A stretch of 64,000 nucleotides of DNA from Clostridiales bacterium (GTDB lineage: Bacteria > Bacillota > Clostridia > Christensenellales > DTU072): assembly GCA_012838805.1 (NCBI GenBank), contig DUON01000014.1, positions 2,900 to 66,899 of the forward strand, in the 5' to 3' direction. Shown here in pieces: positions 1 to 7,991 of the stretch. The translations under genes and the position numbers were made by a program. The notes under the pieces are model-generated. The model was given only the letters and a program-made list of their open reading frames with translations. It had not been told where the DNA came from and made no database searches. The stretch's first letter is position 1. Each line of letters starts with the position of its first letter.

Positions 1-619
1 TGGCGAAATAAACGAGAAAGCTGTGGAGCAATTCGCCGAAAAGAGTCAGGAATACCAAGAGCTTTCCACCCACTATAAGGATATTTGCGACGCCGAACAG
101 TCGCTTGTGGATACCATAAACGACCTTACCGCAAAAATGGAAAAGAACTTCATAGAGAGCTTTGAAAAAATTAAAGAAAACTTTCATACCATATTCAAAG
201 AAATTTTTGATGGCGGAACGGGAAAACTTGAACTGGATATGTCCGAGGGGCAAAGCGTGCTTGATGCGGGTATTGAGATATTTGCAGAGCCTCCCGGAAA
301 ACAGCTCAAAAATATTTCGCTCTTGTCTGGCGGTGAAAGAGCTTTGACAGCGATAGCCATACTCTTTGCGATAATAAAGCTCAAACCCATGCCTTTCTGC
401 GTTCTGGACGAGATAGAAGCGGCATTAGACGACGCCAACGCTTATCTGTTTGCCCAGTACCTTAGAAAGTTCTCTAAGGAAACCCAATTTGTGGTCATAA
501 CGCATAGAAAACCAACCATGGAGCTTGCGGACAGCCTTTACGGCGTGACGATGCAGGAAAAAGGCGTATCTAAAATTGTCAGCGTTAAGCTTTCCACCGC
601 ACTTAAGAATGTAAGTTAA
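1..619 (+). CDS. smc: Chromosome partition protein SMC, C-terminal part (5' end lies upstream of the window)
   Basis: The frame is open from the first bases of the window. It contains the ABC signature LSGGERALTAIA, Walker B/D-loop FCVLDEIEAALD and the tail HRKPTMELADSLYGVTMQEKGVSKIV typical of bacterial SMC. ftsY follows 18 nt downstream. Confidence 0.9.
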   Translation, partial: GEINEKAVEQFAEKSQEYQELSTHYKDICDAEQSLVDTINDLTAKMEKNFIESFEKIKENFHTIFKEIFDGGTGKLELDMSEGQSVLDAGIEIFAEPPGKQLKNISLLSGGERALTAIAILFAIIKLKPMPFCVLDEIEAALDDANAYLFAQYLRKFSKETQFVVITHRKPTMELADSLYGVTMQEKGVSKIVSVKLSTALKNVS

Positions 620-637
620 GAGGAGAAAGAAAGAAAG

Positions 638-1531
638 ATGTCGTTTTTCTCAAAGATAAAAGATGGCTTAAAAAAGACTAAGGAGAATATCAGCAAAAAG
701 CTTTTTGAAATATTTAAGGCAAAGGAGCTCAACGAAGAATTTTACGAAGAGCTGGAGTTTGCCCTTATCAGCGCAGATATGGGAGTGACCGCCACAGAGG
801 AGATAATAACCGAACTTAAACAAAAAGTCTATGAAAACCGAATCACTTCGCCCGCCAAGGCGAAAGAGCTATTGAAGCAAATCATGCTTGAAAGCATAGA
901 TTATATTATTGACGAATATAAATATCCCCTTGTCATACTCATAGCCGGCGTCAACGGCGTGGGCAAGACGACGGCTATCGGCAAGCTGGCAAAGCTTTTC
1001 AAAGACCAAGGCAAAAGCGTCATTATCGCAGCAGCTGACACATTCCGAGCCGCAGCTGGAGAGCAACTAGAGATTTGGGCGAAAAGGGCGGGAGCAAGAA
1101 TAGTCAAGCACAGCGAAGGCTCCGACCCCGCCGCAGTTGTTTTCGACGCCATTAATTCACAAAAGGCAAAGAATACCGATGTGGTGCTTGTGGATACGGC
1201 GGGAAGACTGCACAATAAGAAAAATCTAATGGAAGAGCTTAAAAAAATAAATAGGGTGGTGGAAAGGGAACTGCCTAATGCCGACAAGAGAAATTTTATC
1301 GTCTTGGATGCCACGACTGGACAAAACGCTGTGTCCCAAGTGGAGATATTTGACCAAGCGATTGAAATAGACGGTATAATTCTGACCAAGCTGGACGGCA
1401 CCGCAAAAGGCGGCGTGGTCATGGCTATTAGCGCCGAATACCAAATGCCCGTGGTCTATGTGGGCGTGGGCGAAAAAATTGACGACCTCCTGCCTTTTAA
1501 CGCCAAAGACTTTATAGAGGCTATCTTTTAG
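638..1531 (+). CDS. ftsY: Signal recognition particle receptor FtsY (short NG-domain form)
   Basis: SRP-GTPase motifs GVNGVGKTT (G1), DTAGRLH (G3) and TKLDGTAKGG (G4). GAGGAG SD upstream of the ATG. Confidence 0.95.
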   Translation: MSFFSKIKDGLKKTKENISKKLFEIFKAKELNEEFYEELEFALISADMGVTATEEIITELKQKVYENRITSPAKAKELLKQIMLESIDYIIDEYKYPLVILIAGVNGVGKTTAIGKLAKLFKDQGKSVIIAAADTFRAAAGEQLEIWAKRAGARIVKHSEGSDPAAVVFDAINSQKAKNTDVVLVDTAGRLHNKKNLMEELKKINRVVERELPNADKRNFIVLDATTGQNAVSQVEIFDQAIEIDGIILTKLDGTAKGGVVMAISAEYQMPVVYVGVGEKIDDLLPFNAKDFIEAIF

Positions 1532-1539
1532 CCTTTTTT
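1518..1539 (+). terminator. Short hairpin plus T-run overlapping the ftsY stop
   Basis: AGGCTA(1518-1523)/TAGCCT(1529-1534) stem followed by TTTTT. Confidence 0.4.
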
Positions 1540-1572
1540 AATATTACTTTAACTATTATTATTTACTATTTA

Positions 1573-1602
1573 TTGCAATAAATGTTTTATATATGCTATA
1601 AT
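1573..1602 (+). promoter_or_regulatory. Sigma-70-type promoter for the lipase-like operon
   Basis: TTGCAA (1573-1578), 18-nt spacer, TGcTATAAT (extended -10, TATAAT at 1597-1602). Confidence 0.5.
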
Positions 1603-1631
1603 ACAGTGTGTATTTTCTTATGGGAGGCGGA

Positions 1632-3140
1632 ATGCGCAAACGGTTATCAATAGCTATTGTGATAATTATGGTTGCGGCGGCGCTTGCCACGGGAATAGCT
1701 GCGGGCTTTTATGGATACAAGAGTAAAGATAAGATAACCGTTGAGCTTGTCACTTTAGACGACATTTCTATTCCCGAAGAGATAGACAGCGAATTTGGGC
1801 TTTTCTTTTATGACCAAAACGGAAATAGGATAAAGTCCACAAATAAAAACGCACCTTTTGATAAGAATAAACCTCTTGTCATATACCTTGACGGTCACCC
1901 TAACAATTTAGGCGGTGAAAACACCAAGGAGCTATACAATTTAGAGGGTTGGCAAAAAGGATTCAATACGGCGATATTCACTTGGAAGCCTTTTTATCAA
2001 GACGACGACCTATACAACGCCGAAACCAAGATATGGGGTGGGGATATGACTTACATAAGCCAAAATTGGTCTTATCCCAAAAGCCTAAAGTCCAATAAAT
2101 ACTCAATCGCGGAAATCTTTGTGGCGTACTACTATGATTTTTTGAAAGAGCAAGGGTATCAAGGGGAAATAAGGTGGCAAGGACATTCTCTTGGGGCATC
2201 GCTTGCGGCGGCAGCTGTGGGATATTTATGTGAATTAAAAGCAAATAAGCTGATTGATTTAGACTTTTTGCCCTCAAGAATTACTATGCTGGACGGCTTG
2301 TTCTCCTCCCGTCCCTCAAAGACGCGGATAAACTGGCTGGGCGGAGAGATAGGCTATAAAGGCGTGGTAGGTCAGGTGTATTCCGCCATAAAAAAGGCGA
2401 AAGCTTCGGGCGTGGCTTTTGAATTTATCAAGTCGTCGGATATTATACAGATGTTTTTGAACGACATGAATATGTATGACGCCTTGAAAAAAGAAGTGTG
2501 TTTTTTGGATTATGATGCGAATTGGCTGAACCTAAGCGGATTAGAACTTGAAAAAGCCAAGCACAACCTAAGCTTTGTATGGTACAATACACTTGTGGAC
2601 TATGACCTGCCAATCGACTATGCCGCAACAAAAACCGTCCAATATGGCGTGTCTCCACGGATACCCACTTCCTATGTCTATGCCAGAATGGGGACGGAGT
2701 ATTTTACTTTTGTGAGCGGACAGGAAATAGACAAGGACAAGCAGATGTCAAAAAACTTGGAAGCGCCTTATGTGTCAGGTTTTGCGTTTTTGGATGAAGA
2801 TAATGACGGGGAATTTGACGGAGCGGCAAATAATAGAATTGACGGAATAAGGGTGGAGCTATATCTTGTCAACTATGACGGAACAAAGCTGTTGGGCTCT
2901 ACGCTGACAAAAAACGGAGGATATTATATACTGCCAATCGAGCCTATATATATTACGGGAACGAATGGCAGGGAATTTTTTATCAAAGTAGCCGATAAGG
3001 GCTCCTATCAAATAAGCACAAAAAGCGGCGACCGTTTTTTGATGAACAACAAGATAGCAAAAAATAATAAGTCCGATAATTTCACAATCTATAAAAAATC
3101 GGACCTAATAATAATAAACATTGGATTGACAAAGCCATAA
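1632..3140 (+). CDS. Secreted/membrane-anchored alpha/beta-hydrolase, pancreatic-lipase-like motifs, with C-terminal SdrD-B/Cna-B-like domain
   Basis: Start moved to the ATG at 1632, 5 nt after a GGAGG; the track start at 1608 has no SD. N-terminal hydrophobic anchor. GHSLGAS nucleophile elbow (Ser codon 2187-2189), RITMLDG Asp block, KHNLSFVWY His block. C-terminal DEDNDGEFDG...IDGIRVELYL...GGYYILP. Confidence 0.7.
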   Translation: MRKRLSIAIVIIMVAAALATGIAAGFYGYKSKDKITVELVTLDDISIPEEIDSEFGLFFYDQNGNRIKSTNKNAPFDKNKPLVIYLDGHPNNLGGENTKELYNLEGWQKGFNTAIFTWKPFYQDDDLYNAETKIWGGDMTYISQNWSYPKSLKSNKYSIAEIFVAYYYDFLKEQGYQGEIRWQGHSLGASLAAAAVGYLCELKANKLIDLDFLPSRITMLDGLFSSRPSKTRINWLGGEIGYKGVVGQVYSAIKKAKASGVAFEFIKSSDIIQMFLNDMNMYDALKKEVCFLDYDANWLNLSGLELEKAKHNLSFVWYNTLVDYDLPIDYAATKTVQYGVSPRIPTSYVYARMGTEYFTFVSGQEIDKDKQMSKNLEAPYVSGFAFLDEDNDGEFDGAANNRIDGIRVELYLVNYDGTKLLGSTLTKNGGYYILPIEPIYITGTNGREFFIKVADKGSYQISTKSGDRFLMNNKIAKNNKSDNFTIYKKSDLIIINIGLTKP

Positions 3141-3154
3141 GGAGTAAGAAGCAA

Positions 3155-4930
3155 ATGAAAATTAAATACATGGCGGCTTTATTGCTTATCTCAATATTGA
3201 CGATTGGTTTCTTGGCGGGGTGCGACCCAGAAGTGGAAAGCTCTTCGAATATCGTAAAATTAGAGGACATAAAAAACCTTCCCAAAGACAGTATATATAT
3301 TGAATGGTTGGGGGATAAAGAATTCAACGTCGACAACCCAACTATGATTTTCATACACGGCGAGACCCCGGGAGCATGGGACTATAAATATGAACTGGTG
3401 CTTCCCGAAGACGATTATATTTTTTATGAATCCAGCAGCCTAAACTACAATATCACCAGAAACATAGAGGGGCTTGACCGTATCTTATATCAATACTGGC
3501 TTGACCTTAACTACAACTTGGGCGTGTTTCATTATGAGGCATTTGCAGACGACAATATGAAAAACCTAAGCAAAAAAATCTTCAACTCCGTGGATATGAC
3601 ATATCTCAATGAAGAGGGGCGGGAATACAACGATATCCCTAACTACTCCTTGACGGAAATAATGGCGGCGATGTACCTTGACGAAATACCTGAACAAGCT
3701 TATGGGAATGAGATAAGGCTTGTGGGGAACGGCATAGGCGCCAACCTTGCTCTTTCTTTAAGCGATTATTTATATACTTATTATTCCAAAGGAGAGGTCA
3801 GAGCGGAGGTTTTGCCGCATAGGACATCGCTTATCGACCCGTATCTCTCTTCCGACTCATTTAACCACAATATGTCATGGCGGGATATCGATAGCGAATT
3901 CGGGCTTTTGAGCATGGCTGAAGATATGCTTGAAAAGACGACGGCAAAAGGGCTTGTCGTGGATATGGTCGAAAATGTCGAAGTGGGCGCTGAATTGGTA
4001 GAGGGCAAGAGCCAAGAAACCCTCACTTCGCCATATGATTATGAATATAGTCCTGCTCAAACCGATGTTTATAGGGATATCAAAACCCATGTGGCGTATC
4101 TACAATTGAGACAAAAGTACTCTGAACTCTTTACCGACGAATACAGGGCATTGAATAGAGCGGGTTTGGACTGGTATTTATACAGCGTCAAAGGTTCGGA
4201 CGATACGGGAGTAGGATATCCTACCTCAAAGCCCGATTACACTTCGTCTTTATGCAATTGGGGACCTTATAACACCCGCCCTTTCCTAAACGACCGACAA
4301 AGGAACAACAATTCCAGCAGAGGCAAGAACTATTCGGTCAGCGCTTGGACACCCACCGTGTGGATAAGGGCGCTAAAAGGTATTGAATTCAGAATGCAGA
4401 GATTTAGCGACTATAAGGAAGACGATCAGGGCAATACGATAAGGGACAAGCATGGTATTTCGCTTTATGAATATGAAGATTATACGCTTGCAAGATACCG
4501 TTCGGAAAATTATCAAAGGGCAATAAACATGGACTATACTTTTGTCGTCGGCTACATCTGGAACGACAAAAACCAAGATAGGAAGATGAACGAGGGCATA
4601 GGCTCTTTATTAAGTAACATTACAGTCAACGCCACTTTGACCACTTCAATAGACGGCAAACCAGAAATCGTTGAGACAGCGTCCGAAACTACTGGACAAG
4701 ACGGCTTCTTTATCTTTAAGTTTGATAGGGCGTTTAACAATTCGCATACACTGGATCTTACCGTTGTTCCCCCGAACAGCTCCTATCACGCCCAAAAGGA
4801 AATAGAGAGCACATACCATGTGCAAGACCTGACAAGGCATAATTTCAATTTTTATACAAAGAAACTGACCATAGCTTCCAGCTATGGAAACGCAATCACA
4901 ATGGCGAATTGCGGTTTGGTGGTAAAATAA
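3155..4930 (+). CDS. Lipoprotein paralogue of the preceding lipase-like protein, catalytic Ser and His replaced (predicted pseudo-enzyme), SdrD-B-like C-terminus
   Basis: Lipobox LAGC after a signal peptide. It aligns block by block with the 1632-3140 product but reads GNGIGAN (Gly codon 3731-3733 at the Ser position) and LNRAGLDWY (Asn at the His position). The Asp block HRTSLIDP is kept. AAGGAG-type SD 14-nt gap after the upstream stop. Confidence 0.7.
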   Translation: MKIKYMAALLLISILTIGFLAGCDPEVESSSNIVKLEDIKNLPKDSIYIEWLGDKEFNVDNPTMIFIHGETPGAWDYKYELVLPEDDYIFYESSSLNYNITRNIEGLDRILYQYWLDLNYNLGVFHYEAFADDNMKNLSKKIFNSVDMTYLNEEGREYNDIPNYSLTEIMAAMYLDEIPEQAYGNEIRLVGNGIGANLALSLSDYLYTYYSKGEVRAEVLPHRTSLIDPYLSSDSFNHNMSWRDIDSEFGLLSMAEDMLEKTTAKGLVVDMVENVEVGAELVEGKSQETLTSPYDYEYSPAQTDVYRDIKTHVAYLQLRQKYSELFTDEYRALNRAGLDWYLYSVKGSDDTGVGYPTSKPDYTSSLCNWGPYNTRPFLNDRQRNNNSSRGKNYSVSAWTPTVWIRALKGIEFRMQRFSDYKEDDQGNTIRDKHGISLYEYEDYTLARYRSENYQRAINMDYTFVVGYIWNDKNQDRKMNEGIGSLLSNITVNATLTTSIDGKPEIVETASETTGQDGFFIFKFDRAFNNSHTLDLTVVPPNSSYHAQKEIESTYHVQDLTRHNFNFYTKKLTIASSYGNAITMANCGLVVK

Positions 4931-4931
4931 T

Positions 4932-5789
4932 ATGAAAGGCATTGTTATAAGAAACGGCTTTTATAATTCTTCTTCTTACACTCACCAAGTGGGTAGGATA
5001 GTAGAGGAACTTGTCAAAAGAGGGCAAGATATAGAAGTGGTCAAAAACAGCGAGGCGTACGGCATAAAAGAAAATTATGGGGCGGACTTCGCGGTATTTT
5101 TGGACAAGGATATCTATCTTGCAAGGATACTTGAACAGGCGGGAATGATTGTATTCAACAATTCTTTTGCCATAGAAAACTGTGACGACAAGATTTTAAC
5201 TTCAATCAACCTTTCAAGAAACAGCGAAATATATCTGCCAAAAACGCTTATTGCTCCGCTGATGTATGAAAGGCAAGAAATTCAAGACGAATATTTACAA
5301 AGCATTGAAAAAGCTATCGGATACCCTATGGTCGCAAAAAAAGCCAAAGGCTCTTTGGGCGAAAGCGTTTATCTGATAGAAAATAGAGAACAGCTTGAGA
5401 AAGTCCAACCGTCTCTTTTGGGCGAGCCTCATTTATATCAGGTGTTTGTGGAAGAAAGCAGGGGCAAGAGCGTAAGGGTTATTGTAGTAGGCGGCGAAGT
5501 CATAGCCAGCATGATGCTGACAAACGAAAACGGGGACTTCAGGAGCAACGCCCAGCCCTCCAAAGCTGAAAAGGTGGAATTGGACGAAGAGTACTTGAAA
5601 AGTGCGAAAATGGTGGCGGAAAGCTTAGATTTGGATTATTGCGGGATTGATTTCTTTGTTGGAGCCGCTATGGTGATAGAGGTCAACAGCAACGCCTTTT
5701 TCCAAAAAATGGAGGCGGTCACCAATAAAAACATCGCGGGCGCTTATGCCGGATATATGGTGGAATATCTCAAGGAGTTTGAAAGATAA
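4932..5789 (+). CDS. ATP-grasp ligase, RimK-like (alpha-L-glutamate ligase family)
   Basis: RimK-type blocks DDKILTSINLS...LPKT, GYPMVAKKAKGSLGESVYL, DFRSNAQPSKAE and CGIDFF...VIEVNSN. The ATG lies 1 nt after the upstream stop. Confidence 0.7.
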   Translation: MKGIVIRNGFYNSSSYTHQVGRIVEELVKRGQDIEVVKNSEAYGIKENYGADFAVFLDKDIYLARILEQAGMIVFNNSFAIENCDDKILTSINLSRNSEIYLPKTLIAPLMYERQEIQDEYLQSIEKAIGYPMVAKKAKGSLGESVYLIENREQLEKVQPSLLGEPHLYQVFVEESRGKSVRVIVVGGEVIASMMLTNENGDFRSNAQPSKAEKVELDEEYLKSAKMVAESLDLDYCGIDFFVGAAMVIEVNSNAFFQKMEAVTNKNIAGAYAGYMVEYLKEFER

Positions 5790-6475
5790 TGGACCAAGCA
5801 ATAAATACTATTGTTACGGGGCTTCAGCAAGCGCTCAAAAATGACTATTTGGTTACCTTTATTATATCAATGATTCCTGCGATAGAGGTCAGAGGCGCTA
5901 TCCCCATAGCCATACAAATGGGCTTGAAGCCTTGGTTTGCGTTTATCTTTTCATGTATAAGTGCGCTTGTCATAGTGCCAATTCTGGCTCTTGTTCTAAA
6001 ACCCCTAATAAGGTGGCTTAAAAGCACAAAAATTTTTAAGAGCTTGGGACACGCCTTGGAGGATATCTTTAAGGGCAAGGCAAATAAAATAGAGGAAAAA
6101 GCCGAACTGAAAGCCGAAGATATAAAGACCTCAAAGAGAAAAACCTTTTATAAAATGCTTGGTCTTTTTACCTTTGTAGCTATACCCTTGCCGGCGACGG
6201 GCGTATGGACGGGCACGACGATAGCTCTATTTATGAATATGGACTTGAAAAAGTCCTTGATTCCGCTTGTCTTAGGCAATTTTTTTGCGGGCGGCATAAT
6301 CACCATTATGACCGTTTTGTTAGGCGATAAGAGCTATCTAATTTTGATAGTGCTTTTGGTCTTTATCCTCATTGCGGCAGCGAGTATCGCCGTGTCCTTG
6401 TTCGCAAGAAGAAAGAAGAATAAAAAAAGCGCCCAGAACGATATGATCTACACCGATAAAGATAAAGACGCTTAA
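5789..6475 (+). CDS. Small multidrug-export-like membrane protein (COG2426/PF06695-like)
   Basis: N-terminal IISMIPAIEVRGAIPIAI motif and a repeated PLPATGVWTG half, four or more TM segments. The start overlaps the ATP-grasp stop (TAATG). Family assignment is from memory of the motif. Confidence 0.55.
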   Translation: MDQAINTIVTGLQQALKNDYLVTFIISMIPAIEVRGAIPIAIQMGLKPWFAFIFSCISALVIVPILALVLKPLIRWLKSTKIFKSLGHALEDIFKGKANKIEEKAELKAEDIKTSKRKTFYKMLGLFTFVAIPLPATGVWTGTTIALFMNMDLKKSLIPLVLGNFFAGGIITIMTVLLGDKSYLILIVLLVFILIAAASIAVSLFARRKKNKKSAQNDMIYTDKDKDA

Positions 6476-7191
6476 AGAATTTTTTGCTTCTCCATTTCTT
6501 CGTTAAAGTCCCTTGATATCAAATAATTGGTGTAATAATATGATGACAAAGTGCCTATATCCGACCAAAACTCATAAGTGACATAGGCGTATATTTTTCC
6601 GACCAAGGACGGCAAAAGCTGTTTCCCAAAATCATAAAAGCCGTCGGGAATAAGGTTCAAAAGTCTTTTGTTTATTATATATATCCCCGTATTAATCAAT
6701 GAAGGCTTTATATTCTCTGGTTTTTCCATAAAATCAATTATCTTATTGTTATAATCTATTTCCAAAACGCCCAATCCTTGGGGATGAGGATGAGGCTGGG
6801 CTATAAGAGTAAAGATACTGTCTTTGGCGAAGTGATATCTTATCGCCTTGGATAAGTCAATATTGGTAAAAGCGTCTCCGGATATGACAAGGAAGTCTTC
6901 TGAAACAAAATTTTGGGTGCTTTTAACGCTCCCCGCAGTGCCCAAGGGTTCGTCCTCTACAAAATAGGTGAGTTCAACTCCAAGCTGAGATCCGTCTCCA
7001 AAATAGTCAATAATCTGTTGGGAAAGATGTCCTAAAGTCACGGCGATTTGGGTTATGTTATGGTCTCTTAAAAGGTTTATGATATGTTCCATACAGGGTT
7101 TGTCAATAATTTTAATCAAAGGTTTGGGAATATCGTTGGTAAGCGGTTTAAGCCTTGTGCCTTTGCCACCCGCCATAATTACTGCTTTCAT
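6472..7191 (-). CDS. Sugar-phosphate nucleotidyltransferase (NTP_transferase family)
   Basis: N-terminal MKAVIMAGGKGTRLKPLT signature, ~240 aa single domain, GGAGG-type SD. Confidence 0.8.
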   Translation of the reverse strand: MKAVIMAGGKGTRLKPLTNDIPKPLIKIIDKPCMEHIINLLRDHNITQIAVTLGHLSQQIIDYFGDGSQLGVELTYFVEDEPLGTAGSVKSTQNFVSEDFLVISGDAFTNIDLSKAIRYHFAKDSIFTLIAQPHPHPQGLGVLEIDYNNKIIDFMEKPENIKPSLINTGIYIINKRLLNLIPDGFYDFGKQLLPSLVGKIYAYVTYEFWSDIGTLSSYYYTNYLISRDFNEEMEKQKIL

Positions 7192-7285
7192 ATCTCCTCC
7201 GTAAGTCTATTTTGGTAAAGATAAGGTTTTTTATCCAAATAAGTTCAGGGGCATTTTGAATTTGCTTTATTTTGTAAATTTATTG

Positions 7286-7294
7286 TGTTATAAT
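7286..7294 (+). promoter_or_regulatory. Extended -10 element upstream of pgsA
   Basis: TGtTATAAT at 7286-7294. No convincing -35. Confidence 0.3.
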
Positions 7295-7333
7295 AAAAAA
7301 TAAGTTTTTGATAATAAATAAGGAGACGGGATT

Positions 7334-7969
7334 ATGAAAATTGACCAGAAAGAATTGAGGATGGTACCCAATGTGTTATGCCTTATTAGGCTTGCAAGTG
7401 TACCCATATTTGTGTTTTTTATACTGTTTGGGGGCTTAAGGGCGGATTACACTTATTTTGTACTCATAGGTTTGGGTGTCTTTTTATTCGCGGCAAGTAC
7501 GGATATGTTTGACGGTCATATCGCCAGAAAATACAACATGGTCACCGAACTTGGCAAATTCCTTGACCCATTCGCCGACAAAGTAATGCATGTGAGCGTG
7601 ATACTAAGTCTTGTCATTATCGGCTATGTCCATTGGGCGATTATAGTGTTATTGGCAGTAAAAGAGCTGACTATGATTATCCTTGCATCTCTTCTCATTA
7701 ATAGAAAAATTGTCATTCAAGCCAATTTCATGGGCAAGCTGGCGTCGATATTGTTGTCGGCAGGCGTCATTGTGGCATTCTTTATTGCCGTTCCTGAAAT
7801 CATAGGTGCTCAGACGGCAAGAGATATTATTTATTATGTATCCCAAGGCATTTTGGCTCTTGGAATAATACTGACCTATACCGCATTTTTTATTTATTTG
7901 AAAATCGGTCTTGACAAATATCGTGAATTAAAAGAGAATAAGGGCGAAAACGACAGCAAAGAAGAATAA
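7334..7969 (+). CDS. pgsA: CDP-diacylglycerol--glycerol-3-phosphate 3-phosphatidyltransferase (CDP-alcohol phosphatidyltransferase)
   Basis: CDP-alcohol motif [28 protein letters not shown], polytopic membrane protein, AAGGAG SD. Confidence 0.85.
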   Translation: MKIDQKELRMVPNVLCLIRLASVPIFVFFILFGGLRADYTYFVLIGLGVFLFAASTDMFDGHIARKYNMVTELGKFLDPFADKVMHVSVILSLVIIGYVHWAIIVLLAVKELTMIILASLLINRKIVIQANFMGKLASILLSAGVIVAFFIAVPEIIGAQTARDIIYYVSQGILALGIILTYTAFFIYLKIGLDKYRELKENKGENDSKEE

Positions 7970-7991
7970 TCATCGTCTAGGAGAACAAAGC

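Noticed and set aside
7970-7991. Looked for a T-box leader upstream of valS
   Set aside because: Only 22 nt separate pgsA from valS, far too short for a T-box. valS is apparently co-transcribed with pgsA.
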